A stretch of DNA of 51,224 nt, counting the filler, from Bipalium vagum (taxonomy: Eukaryota): NCBI GenBank assembly GCA_037834085.1. It is 3 parts of 3 records of this genome, joined end to end, with 100 filler letters (N's around TTAATTAATTAA, not from the genome) between each part and the next. Parts side by side here need not be neighbours in the genome. Positions count along the whole stretch, not along the records: positions 1 to 19,787 come from JBBMKC010267780.1; 2 more parts are not named here. The stretch is one strand, 5' to 3'. A program made the translations under genes and the position numbers. Positions 1 through 13,900 of this stretch are shown here, piece after piece. Position 1 is the first letter of the stretch. Each line of letters starts with the position of its first letter. Under the pieces are notes generated by a model. The model saw only the letters and a program-made list of their open reading frames with translations. It was not told where the DNA came from and did not search any database.

Positions 1-1968
1 TTCAAGAGCTTTAAAATGATATATAATATTGCGCCAAAAAATATAGTAATAATGAAGCAGTAAAACAATTTCAATTTCTTAAAAAAACGCTAATAACTTT
101 TATATATATATTTGAAATTTTGTAAATTAAAACTCTGACAAACATAGACTGTTACTTGAAAAAAAAGTATTCTGAAATAAGTAAAGTAAGTTCCTTTAAC
201 TTAAAATGTAAAGTCTTGTATATCAACCCACCTTCAACAAGTTTCATCTATTATCTTCTTTTAGTGGAAAAATTGATTTGTTATTGTAGAAAAAAAATTC
301 AAATTAGGAAAAGGATAAATATAAGCTTCATGATTAGGAAAATATGAATATAATTATTGCGTCTGTTTCGTGTATTATTATTATTAAATCCAATTATGAC
401 AGGAATAATACAGAGAATAAATTAAGCAAATTGAGTATGTATTCTCCAAAAATTCCTCATCAGAAATTTATCCCACATGACTCAATTTCACCAAAATATC
501 ACTCTTTTATAAAAAAAATCTTTGTAAAAAATATCCTTAATTTATTTTATCTTTGTTAAATTATCACATTTGGAATTTTTTGATTTTTTTTCAATTTTAA
601 AGATACATTAAATAATTTAAAATTTTTAGAAAAAAAGATCTTAGTTTTCCCCATTTGGCGATTATATTATTTATTTATTTATAACAATTATTATTATTAA
701 ATTCCACTAATTTGTGTCTATAAAAAGTATGAAGTAAACCTAAAGAATCTTAAAATAGAAATTTTAAAAAATATCTTCAATTACTTTCTGATACCAAATA
801 CGTGCTTTGTGACTTCCTTATTTCTTATAAATGTCAGGTATTGGAAAGCATATTAATTTCAATTTACTGTAATTTCTGTGGTAAATTAACACATTTTAAA
901 GAGTGTACTAATATCAATAATTTTGGCCAATTTCCAATAACTTGAATATTTGTTTTTATGAACTTTTCTGAGAGAGGCTTCAAAGTGAATTAATTTTTAT
1001 TGACAGAACATTTCCAGATGAAAATTTATCTTCAAATCAGTATAATTCGGTTTACAACAATCGTCGTTAACATTATAATAAATCAATTAATTAAATCAAA
1101 TTGATACGTATGTTACTAAATTCAAAAAAGTACAAGTATCGTTAATCTTTAAAAAAGAAATTAATTTGTACTCAGAATAACGCAATATTATTGAGACAGT
1201 TTAATACGGAGACAAAAGAAATGGATAAATAATAAAAACAGACAAATAAATAAAGGTTGCGATTTCTGTATTTGTTGCTGTTGATGAAAAAAAATGAAAA
1301 AGAAAATAAATAAAAAATTATCAATCAAATCCCAAATAAAAAACAAAACTGAACAAAAAAAATTGTCCGATGCAGAAAAATATTACTCTTTCAGGAAATT
1401 GGATAAAGTCAACCTACAATTATGTAATTTTGTACAATGAAAAATGAAATTAAGCAGAACAAAAACTGTGATGCTGTTCAATTAAGAATATTATTAATAA
1501 TAATAAGATCAAATTTTAATCAATAAATTGTAGTTATCAATATATGAAACAACAACTAACACCACCATGAAAGGAAGACTAAATTAGAATCTCAAAAGTT
1601 TCTATTTAATAATATAGATTAAGTAAAAATTATCAATAATTTATCAATAATTTTATCATACCTAAATTAAAATTGTGAAAAATTTTTCTGATATTAATTT
1701 TCTTAGTCACTCTTAAAGAGAATTAAAATACTGAAAATATTTCTATAAATAGAAAATCGATATCGAATTTTGTTTCTCTGTCATTTATTAAATTTACATT
1801 ATTCAAATGAAAAATATTTTCAATTTCAAATCAATTCCAACTAAAAATTTTTAAAAAATGAGATTAAGTAAAAATTAATTTTTTCAAAAAAGAAAATTAA
1901 AAAGATAATAGATAAGAATAATAATCTCGAAAATAATAAAGTAATAATATTTAGAATGAATCACAAAC

Positions 1969-4900
1969 CATAAAAAGCGAATAATTGGTAACTTCCGATA
2001 AATCTATGGAGTATTCTTTCATAATTAGAGGAACAACGTCTTTTGCCGTTGTATTATTTGTTATCAAGATCAATTTACCCTCTGAATTATTGGGTCGATA
2101 GACCTTTATCACTTGATTAACAAGAGATAAATTATCTTTTCCCAAAGTTTCTCCTGAGCTTTCATCTAGTGCCTTCAAATCTGGATTGGAAGTCGATCGA
2201 TTACTGAGTGAAGTCTGATTTGGTGATTTGATGTTATACAATGGATGTTCTCGTTCTATTGAAGCGTTAGATTTCTACATAAAATAAAAAACTAAATATA
2301 AATTCAATAATTATAAATTCAATAACTAAATATAAATTCAATAATTATTTTAAAATCAAATATCACGTATAAAAATAATATATAAATAAATCAATTCGTC
2401 AATAAATCATTTCAGAAATTAATTGCCTTCTCATAAATTATTAAATACATTATTATTATTTTAAAAAATTAGTTCTTTATCCTAAACTCACTATTTGTAA
2501 CAAATGCTTTCAGTGTTAAATATCCCATATTATCTCTCTGTTTCACTTTAATTATTGTTTGTTCTTTTAGACATAAACCATAACACTGACACAATGAATT
2601 TTCTCAAAAAAATTCATGTTCGTGATAATTGGAAAATGAATACCGTTTTCCATTTTAGAAAAATTATATTTTCATTGAATTGACTTAAAAAGAAACAGTA
2701 CAATTAAAATAAAATGACTATTTTCTAGAATTTTACTAAGAAAACCGAAAAACTTTAAAACTGCCAATTAACTTTCTCTTATTTCTTTCATTCATATTAA
2801 ATGAGTGTTTATAGAATAATTTCGAAAATCCATAAAAATTTCATAAAATATTAACATCAATAATCACATAATATCCAGTATTCTAAATTTTGCATAACTG
2901 ATATTCAGTTAATATTTTAATTATTTCTCTCAACTTTATACAGTTAACTTTATTTATACAGACAAAAAACGAAAGTCAGCAGCAAGAGAAATAATAAAAG
3001 AATAAAAGAATAGAGTAAGAACCACTAATCAAAGAAAACCAAAAATTGTTTCCGTTAATAATATATTTTTCATGGAAAATTAAATGTAATTTTACTTGAG
3101 TTTTAATCCTTGGTGTGTGACGTGTTGGTGAGGCATTAGCACTTCGAGGATTGGTCTTCAATTTTGATGGTGAACATGGGGAAGTAAATTCAAAAGGTCG
3201 TGGTATTGACATTGGTGTAATTATAGAATTGATCCCGTTTCTTAGATGATTATTCAACCCATGTACGGTTGCGCTGCTTGACCTGAATAAAAATCAATTT
3301 AAAATCAAATCATAGATGATGAACGAAACTTTCGAACATCATTGAACCCAAATGGCAATTATTCAATCAACATAAACAAACATCATTGAAAAAAACAATG
3401 ATCATCTCGTTATTCTGTACATGCATAAATCAACATTCAGGTAATACTTTAGGAATGCAAATGATTGATTATTATGCAATATAATAATAGATGATTGACA
3501 TGCCAATTATTATAAGTGTAATAGTAATAATGGATAGGAGAAATGATTTGGATTACATATCTAACATTATTGAATTTGTCCGCTTTACATTTATTTAATT
3601 TAAATTTTGATGATAACGAAAAAGGGAAATACTTCGATGAAGAGATTTTTGAAAAATTGTAAAATGTATACTCACTCCTGTTTTATTAACGTGTGAAGTT
3701 TGGAATTTTCCTTTATTTCACGTTTCGAAGTATTAAAGAAAGAAAAGAGATGCGAATAAATTCTTAATACATTTAAAGGCCGAATAAGCCAGAGATATGA
3801 AAATCTAGATATACGTACGCATATGTATACAGTGAAAATCAATGTGAATTGCATAGAGTCCAAGGCATAGACTAATGTTGGTGATTCATTTCACTGCGGA
3901 CTACAAATGATTTCATTTCTATGACTTGGCCATCGCGTGACTAATTCCGGTGATAATTTATTATTTTAAAAAATAATTTAGCAAATTTTGTGATGCAAAT
4001 CAATAAAAAAAATCGATCAAAATTCAGGCAGAATCAGGCCCACCAATTTCAGACATATATAGAGAAAAGAATTACCAGTTGACATTTTTGGTTAAAGACA
4101 ATCGTTTTTTTAGCCGACTGAAAACATCACAGAAAAATTCAACATTATAATTATAAATAGACGGAAGTAGTGTGTCCTTGTGCCAAATATTATAAATTAA
4201 TTTTCAATGGCACATCTTAATTAAACTTTTCATATATTGGATATTTATTAGAAAATGACTAGGAAAATAAGAAAATTTTATCGGAAAATATTCTACATGC
4301 TTTAGGGATTAGTAGTATAATTACCTCGACCCTTCTTTGAATATACAAAATCTCCGGGATTTGTATAATGAATTGAACATTCTTAAAACATTACTATTTG
4401 TTTGATTCTTTAAAAAATTATGATTTACAAAAAATATCAAAAATACATTAGTTTCACTTATTAAACCAGTAAAAATGAAATTATAGTAACTGTAGACAAA
4501 AGACCGAGAGATTTCTTAAACCTTAATGAATTTGATAATATCTAAAAAATTATTTATTTTTTTCTTTTGACAGCCTATAAAATGAAAGAAATCGAATCAA
4601 ATTCATAGATTAAGATCAATGTAACATAACTGATTCTAGGAATTATCAATCACTATAACAGAAGTATAGAGTATAATGATAAGAACATTTCGAAAATCTT
4701 GATACAAAAATATATCTCGATATAATCGAAAAACAACTTTCAAATTATCAATCTAATGATACATTGAAATCTGAATTTATTTTACCTTTTACCTATATGA
4801 CTTCCTTGTTGTAAGTAATAAACCTTAAAATTATTATTTCTCAAAATAATAATGATTATAAAAGATATTATTTTAAACAAAATTCAATTTTTCTATCCAA

Positions 4901-7900
4901 ATGAAATCAAACAAACACAATGAAATTTGTGTGAATTCCCAAATCTATTAACTTTCATTTAAAATTGAATAGAATTTGAAAATGAAATCCAAAAATATAC
5001 GAGGGTCAAATAATAACCTCATTTTAAGAAATTCCAGGAAGCAATTTTAGTTATTGCAAATTTACATCTTCGTGTGAAAATATTTTTCTATATTTATTTC
5101 GTAACCTAAATTTTTAACATGAATTAAGATTTCAATTCTTTAACATATTTTGAATAAGTAATAATTTCGAGATTTTTATAAAAGTATACATTTTACTTTG
5201 TATTATTATAATACATACAATATGAACTCTAATAATCAATAAGTATATAAGTTAAATTATATAAAATAAAATAAATATTGAATAGAAATAAAGATTTTAA
5301 TAAAACATTTTACTTATTTAATAAATTATAATCAGTAAAATAATAGTTAATAATGGAAAAATTGTCAAAATTTGGAAGAACTTTAGAATAAGTTGGAAAA
5401 TACAAACACTTATGACTACATATATTATTGTATAAAATTAAAATAGTGATTGAATTAATAAATAGTCGAAAAAATTTTAAAAGGCCATATCATAAAACGG
5501 AGAATAAATGTAATTAAAATATTATATGATTAAAAGAATAAGAATATTAATTTTAAAAATAGTTAAATTAAATAATTGATTCAATCAAATTATAAAACAA
5601 AAATTTATTACAAATATTTCAAAATATTGATTGTTTGAAAAATTCAAAATTTCAAAAAATTACGATTTTAGAAATATTTTTAGAAAATTATTATATTTTC
5701 AGTAAAAAAAATATTTTTTCTGTGTGACATTATTTTTGCACTATTTCACATTTCAAAATAAATATTTAAAATAATTCAAATATAAAAAAATCCGAACTAT
5801 ATATAAGAGGATATATTAAAAAATTTTTTTTTAAAGAACTAGAGAATATATTGCACATTTTTTGTCAATTATCAATAATAATGATTTCCGGTTTTATCAT
5901 TAAATAAAATTTTAATTTCAATACATATAAAAATTTATTCTCAATTTTAATTTTTATAACTTCTACATTAAGAAACCTAAATTTTTCCTATTCCTCTTTA
6001 AAATATTTTATTTTAAAAAAAAGAAAATCAAATAAAATAATAATTATTTAGTATTAATTATGTATTATTATTAAAATAAAAATATAAAAAACAATTCATA
6101 CGATTTTTCCTGAAATTCGATTTTAATATATTTTTCGAACTTGAAATGAAATTACATGCTTCATCCAATCAACGAAAAATATGGCTTTAATTTCATAAAA
6201 AACGTTAAGATTTTATATAATTTTTAAACCTTTGTTTGTTTATTTCATAACAAAAAACGAAGTACAAGAAATGTGGCTTGCCAGACAAGAGATAAATTTT
6301 TTTGTTTGAAAAACTTAAGTGATAAAGTATCTATTCATAATTCATGAAAATCTTATCCATGTTATTAACAGAAATATTTTGTAAACAGTGACTAACTTAT
6401 ACTTTCAATAGTTTATTTTGGATATAATTCTTTTTCATTTTATTTTTAAAAATTGTAAATCAACAACTGTTAATTGTGAAATTTTTACAATATTTTTCAA
6501 TTTTTATTTATAAATTATGATTACTTACGTTATATCACGTATTAAAACGCAAATTAATAATTTAAAAATATATCAATTCTAAATTTTTTATCTGTAAAAT
6601 AAATCTATTTTTATGAGTGAAGGAAGAATTAAATATAATTTTTGAATATTGAATGAAATCAACAAATTCTTACATTCCCAATCCTTCTGAATGTGAGGAC
6701 TCACATTCAATTCCGGACTCACAATCAAATAAGTATTCCATGATTGGATAAAAATCTGTGAAAAATAATAAGAAATATCAAGTTATAACAAACTTTAATT
6801 AAATAAAAAAATTTAATTAATTAATTGAATTATTGATGTGATTAGATATTGATTATTTTAATAATTTATCATTTTACTTTTATATATTGATTTTTATTAA
6901 ATAAATTGTATCAAAATCAATCATTTAATTGACATGAAAGTGACTACAATATTTTTGATCAGTGGTAATGAAATTAGTCTATAGATTTTTCCATTAAAAT
7001 CAAATTTGAAATGAATAAAAATGATTATTTAATTATAAACAAATAATTAATAAAGAAGTTCATTTTACGATAATGATTAGACACCAACAGAGACATAAAA
7101 GCTGAAGTATTTACTAAGAAAAAATTATGAATTAATTTCATTCATATTCGTCAACAAAAAATCCTATTCAATGTGAAATGAGATTTTATTTATCATGATT
7201 TTCTGAATCATTAACAAATAAAAGACTATAAAATATATAATTTCCATTTACAAATTGAAGAAGGTCTGATTTCATAAAATAAAATCGCAGCCAAGTATTG
7301 GGAGTTTTACAAGACTAAATTTTTATATTATGTGGCATTTAGGTCCATTTGCAGCATTAAAGATTCAAGATTTTTAAAAATGTAGACTTTATAATTAGTA
7401 ATGGTTTTTATTTGTTGAAATTTCATTTTTCTACACCTTATTTCGTTTGACACACTAATTTATAAGTCGAAGATAATATCACTTCATAAATTCTTTAATT
7501 ATGCAATTATTCATATCTTAACTTCATTCAAGTTTAGTTGAATTTCTCAAAACAATATATTGAAAATCAGTAGGTTTTGTTTTGACTATTTAAATAAAAA
7601 TACAGAAATATTATTTAACATTGATTATTTACTTTCTTATTGAAAAATATAACACGTGGTGAAGAATAAACAAAAGATAAAAACTATTTTACAGAAAATA
7701 AGAAGATCCAATCTTTGGAAAATTAATATAAAGCTCGCTACAGTTTTAGATACGTAATATTAGATACGTAATACGTAATATTTAGTTCTCACAAATTTAA
7801 AACCAACGCAAATATTTTCTTTAATAAAAGCTTTTAAATGACATCACAAATAATGTTTTCTTAAGATTAACCTGATTTCGTAACAGAGATGATAAAATGA

Positions 7901-10900
7901 AATCACATAGCGAATTTTAAGAAATTAATAAATTTAAATAAATTCAAAATAATATTTAAATCAGACTTTCAAAACTGGACAAAAGGTATCAGTGAGGAGT
8001 TTTATACAATAATTCTAACAGGATATTTCACAGATAAAATTTATTTTTTCTAAATTTAAAAACAAAAAATATCATAGTTTAAAATTAAAAACAAAATAAA
8101 TGAATAAATAATAATAACTTAACGTTTCAGAGCTTTGTTTATATTAAATTGTGAAACCTGGCATTTAGAAATATAATCGTTTATAATTCTTAAAATTCAC
8201 AGTACACACAACTACGAATATTCTTATAATTCCCTCCTTAACTATATATATGAACAAGAAAAATTTATCAGACACCAAAAACTAAAAAACTTTACATTTC
8301 CAAACCTAATAAACAGTTTTAATTTTAATTATCATTAATTAAAAAGAATTCTATAAAATCATCTTTTCAATTTTAGTGATAAAATCGTTATGAATTTATC
8401 ATTAATAGAATTTTAAAAAATCTTAAAAATTGAGAAAAACTTCATAATAATGAAAATTAAAATGAGATAAAATTTAAAATAGGGATTTAGGCAATTTCCT
8501 TCAAAGTAAAGTTTGAAAGCAATTTAAAAGTTACAGAAAATATTTAACGCCAAATTTATAATTTTTTCATAAACACATTAATTTTACACCTTTATATGTA
8601 ATGTATTTGTGAAACGCTATTACTACACTCTTCTAATCTTAATAATAAATCCAAATTAAGAAATTGTTGAAATATTATAATCAATAATTTTTTAATTTTC
8701 TTAAAATTAAATTAAAGATTTGAAATATTTATGGTTAAATTTTATTGATTATTAAGTATTATTATTTTAGCAATCTTCATAAATCTGAATTTGGGATTTT
8801 ACAGAAAAAAAAGAATTTGATAAATGCAAGGCAAAATTTTTAAGTTTTTCTTAATTGGTTACACAAACGGTTTCTTAAGCAAACAGATGAAAGTCAATGT
8901 TTTATAATATTTTAAAAACATTTTTACACTTAAATTCAAATAAAGAAGACATCACAAAAACAATAACAGTAATCTTAAGTAATACATTTAAAATATGAAT
9001 AGTAATAAAGTTTTCAGTTATTTTTTTAAATATTTTAAAATTTTAATCAATTATTCTGAACTATTTTAATAAAAAATTCAGTAATGAAATCATTAAAAAT
9101 TTAAATAAGTAAAATGTACATGTATTATTACAAAATTGAAACATAAAAATTGGAAAATTAAATAAAGTAATACAAAAATCAACATTAAAATTATAATTAG
9201 TGAGACCTATTAGTAAAAACCAATTTTGTTTATTTTATAATAAACTTTCATTTATATTGTAAAAAGTTTACTGTTAATTTAAACAAGATTACTGGCTTAA
9301 TACATATATAACATGACATTTAAAGATCCTAAAATGCGATTTTGCCATAAAATGCCAAATGCTGATGAATACTTAAAGTAACAAACCTTCAAACCATTTA
9401 TTAGATCTTACAATTTTTTTAAAAAGTATACCTCTTAAACATGTGGAATCAAAAATTTGAAGATAGAACTTTTTGTCATTAGAATTTAATATTTTAATAT
9501 TAAACAAAATTTCATCTGAAAAATCATGCTCTTATAAAGGTGATTTTGAAAAATGTTTTATGAGAGGTAAATAATTTTACACATTTTAGTACTTTCCAAA
9601 AAACTCCAAATGAAAATGTGGTAAAATAGATAGATTTTTATTAATTTTTAAATCTTTTAAGTTCTTTTTAGTTAAATACTATTAAACATTATATTGGCCA
9701 TTAATTAAAATTTTAATAAGATATGATTTAGATTTCCATTAAATGAGTTTTTATAATAGAATTTAAGAATATTGCTACATGTTAAAATGAGAAAACGATA
9801 TTTGAATTGTTTTACAATGGACAATCATTAACGTTAATTTATTCTTGATATTTATTAGACTTTGAATCTCATTAAAATTTGCATTAAGAATTACAGTGCT
9901 ACCCGTTTCTACTCACGGTAAGAACATGTGTATCTAATAAATACGAGATCTATTCTTTTCTTTTTTTTAAATAATTGGAACACTGTTAAACTTTAAAAAT
10001 ACCAAATCAAATCAACACTTATTTATTAAAAAATAATCCATAATAATTTTTTTTGCAGTTCAGCTTAGTCCGCAAATTAATTGATTTTTATGTAGGTCGT
10101 AAAAAATATTCTAAAAATTCTGAAAACCAACCTTTGGTTATGAAAAATTTGATAAAAAAAAATTTTTTTTTAATTTGATAAAATATGGTGGAAATCTTAT
10201 GTATCTTTCCCTATTGTTATTTCTGTCTTATTTTAAAAGAAGAATGTCACAGATAATAATTGATCGCATAAATAAGCAAATTTTATATCCCTTAAACCAA
10301 AATCAAATAAAAAATATAAAGGAAAATTTTAATTCAACTTACAGAAACAAAGAAATCCTTTAGTCAATCAAAATAATATTGAAAATTAAATTTCGTTAGA
10401 GATCTTTTAAAACTATAAGTCAGAGAAAAATCATTGTTTTTGATATTTCAATATTATCAGTAAAAAAATAAAAATCTAATACTTCCTAAATTATCCAAAT
10501 TATTTTGTTGACAACATTCAATGGATAATAAGCAATATATAATATATAATATATAACCAATTAATAGAAAAATAATTATTTTTCATTGTAAATGAATATT
10601 ATACAAATAATGAATTAAAAATTAGAGAAAGTAATACAGAAAATATTTATAGAAAAATTTCAAAAATTATTAATTAATAGTTTTAATTTTTTATGTTATA
10701 AATTTAAACATTACTTTAAATCAATATTTGATTCCTACTAAAAAATTTTTACTGATGATCCAGCGTACCAATACAGTATTATTTGTCTAATAAGGCAATA
10801 AATACAATATATTTCAAATAAAATTGTGCTTCATGTAAAAAAATTAATTGATTAAATGCCGACTATTTTATTTATGTAAGAAATGTAAATTCGGACGGAG

Positions 10901-13900
10901 TGACAGGATTCTGTTAATTAAATCGGTACCATGTCGATACATCTAACTATGTAGCCTAAATGTTCATAAATTACTCATTTATTATCGAACTGTTCGCTAA
11001 TCGCAACTCAATAGATCAGAAAGGCCTTTAATAATTTACAATTTAATATTTACAAGTATTCTGCTAAAGCTCAACTTATTTCTTTTCTGTCTACTTTTTA
11101 AATAATCTGAATTAACGAAAGTTAATCAAATGAAAAACAAGTTTTAGAAAGTGAAGAAAATTTGGTAAACAATCACAACATTGTGCAAAGTCATACATCA
11201 ATAAACACCCATTAATAATTTTCATATCTTTCCATTTATATAGTCATACATAGACATAATCAAAATCAAATAGTCATTGAAAATAGTGCCTGTTGTGTTT
11301 ACAGCGAAATATTCGTTTGCTAATTTTTCATTTTGAAAATAAATATTATTTAATTGTTTATTAATACACATATATTTGTTTCTGTAAATAAACAATTTAT
11401 TCAATAAGAAATATGTTTCTGGTTTTCAATTCGAAAATACAATATTAAATGTAAAAATAATATTCACAAATTTTAAAAAATTACGTTATTAAAATTAAAA
11501 TAATCAATAGTATTTTATTAAATTGATTCTTTTACAATTCGTTATTACAAATGATTGGTTGTGAAAATTTTAAACTAAGAAGTCCGAGAAATCAATTAAT
11601 AACCTGTCAGTTACAAAGTCTCCTTTTGTATGTTAAAGCTCAACAAAAAATCTGTAAGTCACGTTTGTGGTTACCGAAATTTTTCTAATTTATTAAAGTG
11701 TGGCCTCTTAATAAATTTTTTTAGTTTTCTAAAAGAATCAAATAATATCTCGATTTTGATGATACATAAATGATTATATGATTAAAATCAATGTTTAAAC
11801 AAACTAAGAAAGTTTTATATTGATTAAATTGAATATATATAAGTAAATAAGAAAATTTTTATTTCATATTCTCAAATTTTTCAACTGTAAGCAACAAAAA
11901 TAGGTGACAAAAATACTCATCACCCAAACCAGTATTTGAAATAGAGTATTATTTGAAAATAATTGAACTAACCTGAAGGGTTATACTTGACCACTAATTC
12001 AATTTTTCCATCATTTGGGGAATTCAGCAAATCACAGGCTTTATGAAGAGTCTCAATTCTTTCCCATGATTGATTTGCCAATGAAAGAATTTGGTCTCCT
12101 CTTCGTAAACCGTAATTTTCCTTAACCACTGAACGTTTAACCTAGAAAAAAATGGTTACATAATATCTCTAAATTCAAAAGATTTTAATAAGCAGTTATT
12201 CCAGAGATATTTAATTTAATTATTTCAATGCTGAATAAACAACAAAATTATCTCTCTAATATTTTTATTAAATGCAATTTCAGATCACATTTCTTTATTT
12301 TCAATCTTCACATTAAAAAAAAGTTGTATACAGGTTAGTTAAACATGGGGCAAAAAATAAGGAAATGATTCCTTGCCTTATTATATGAATAATTATATAA
12401 TACAACTTATTTAAGGTCGTTTCATTTCAAAGATACACACATTTAAAGATTTTTAAAACACAAATAATTTCAACAAGCATAATATTTATTTACATTTAAT
12501 TGTTTACGGTAACTGTTGAAAATGACCTCCAACAGCTAATATTCAGGAATCCAATCTTCTACTCATTGAATCACTCATTCTTTTGAAAAAACAAGGAAAG
12601 TTCCTTATGACACTGCATCCATTGACTATCTGATTTTTTAAGTCATCTTCCTTTTCCACAAGCGTCTTATAAACTAACGATTTTAAATAGTCTCATAAAA
12701 AAAGAATCAATAAGATTTAAGTCTGGAGATCGAGCAGGCCACCTCTATCAATTCAGCAATCATGATATGTTGCATTTAGTGTCCCTCGAGAAAGTCTACC
12801 AAAATGCACCAGTGCTCAATCATGCATAAATCACATGACTTTTCTCATTTCCTCAAGCAACTCAGGTAGCCTATCGTCCAAAAAACTGCGATATAATTCA
12901 ATCTTTTTTCAGGGTCAGTGTCTTTTAACTCTTGAAGGATTCTAAGATGATAAGGATACCACCCAATATACTTTTTTAATATTTTACAACCATTTTATCT
13001 AGAGATGTTAGTAGCTCTTGCTATTATGCTTAATGATACAGTTCCAAGCTCGTTTTCTGACTGTAACTGGATAGAAAAATGTGCAACCTATTCTATCTTT
13101 TCCTGTGACACAAGTGGCCACATAGACTTTTTTTCATCCAGAAATTGGTTCACCAATTTGCGTACAACTCTTTCTTTCTGTCATATTCTTCGTTGTAGCG
13201 CCGTAAACACTGAATTGGTGATCGATCACATTCAAAATAATGAGCTATTAGCTCAATACGAATTTGAACATTTAAGTGGTTCATTTCTAAAATAAGCAAA
13301 TAAAACTATTATTGATTGTTGATATGAAAATTCCATATTATACTGAAACAAATGAAAATAAAAATGACGTCATATTTTTTTAGTAAGAGAGAAATCTTTA
13401 ATTGTATACTTTATAGACGACCTATACATATATGTATAAACATCCAAGAAATAATTCCTTAATTTTTTGCCCCATGTTTAACTAACACCTTGCATACAGA
13501 AAATATATTAATCTCATTAATAAATGAAACAATTCTGTCATTGAATTTCAATGATTTTGGTAGCGTCAATAAAATCAACTACCAGAATCTTAGGTAAAGT
13601 ACTACACAATAAGATAGACCCGGATTATCAATCAAGAACTAGTATTTCACTAAACTAAATTAAGATTACTCCTAAAATATTATGTAAAAATCTAAAAATA
13701 TATTATTGTGCAAGGAAAATTTAATTTTTAAATTTGCATTAGGCTCAGAAAACCTAAACATGACATCACAAAACAAAATTCACTAACAGTTTCAAATAAA
13801 AAATACTTCAACAAATTATCAACACCCATGATTATTAAATATATATTGGAAAAATGGATCCTGTTCCACAGATTAAAGGATTCAACTATCTCCAATAATA

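Noticed and set aside
156-1600. Short AT-rich ORFs and possible downstream RAPGEF2 micro-exons
   Set aside because: No recognisable RA-tail or RasGEF motif and no convincing phase-matched exon.
2290-2345. Short direct repeats (also about 1628-1657 and 7747-7781) considered as CRISPR-like or regulatory arrays
   Set aside because: They have only 2-3 AT-rich units with no unique spacers, consistent with simple slippage duplications.
4998-5075. TACGAGGGTC... mariner-TIR-like remnant (similar hints at 1-30, about 9533 and 48875-49129)
   Set aside because: The matches are too short for AT-rich DNA and have no transposase support.
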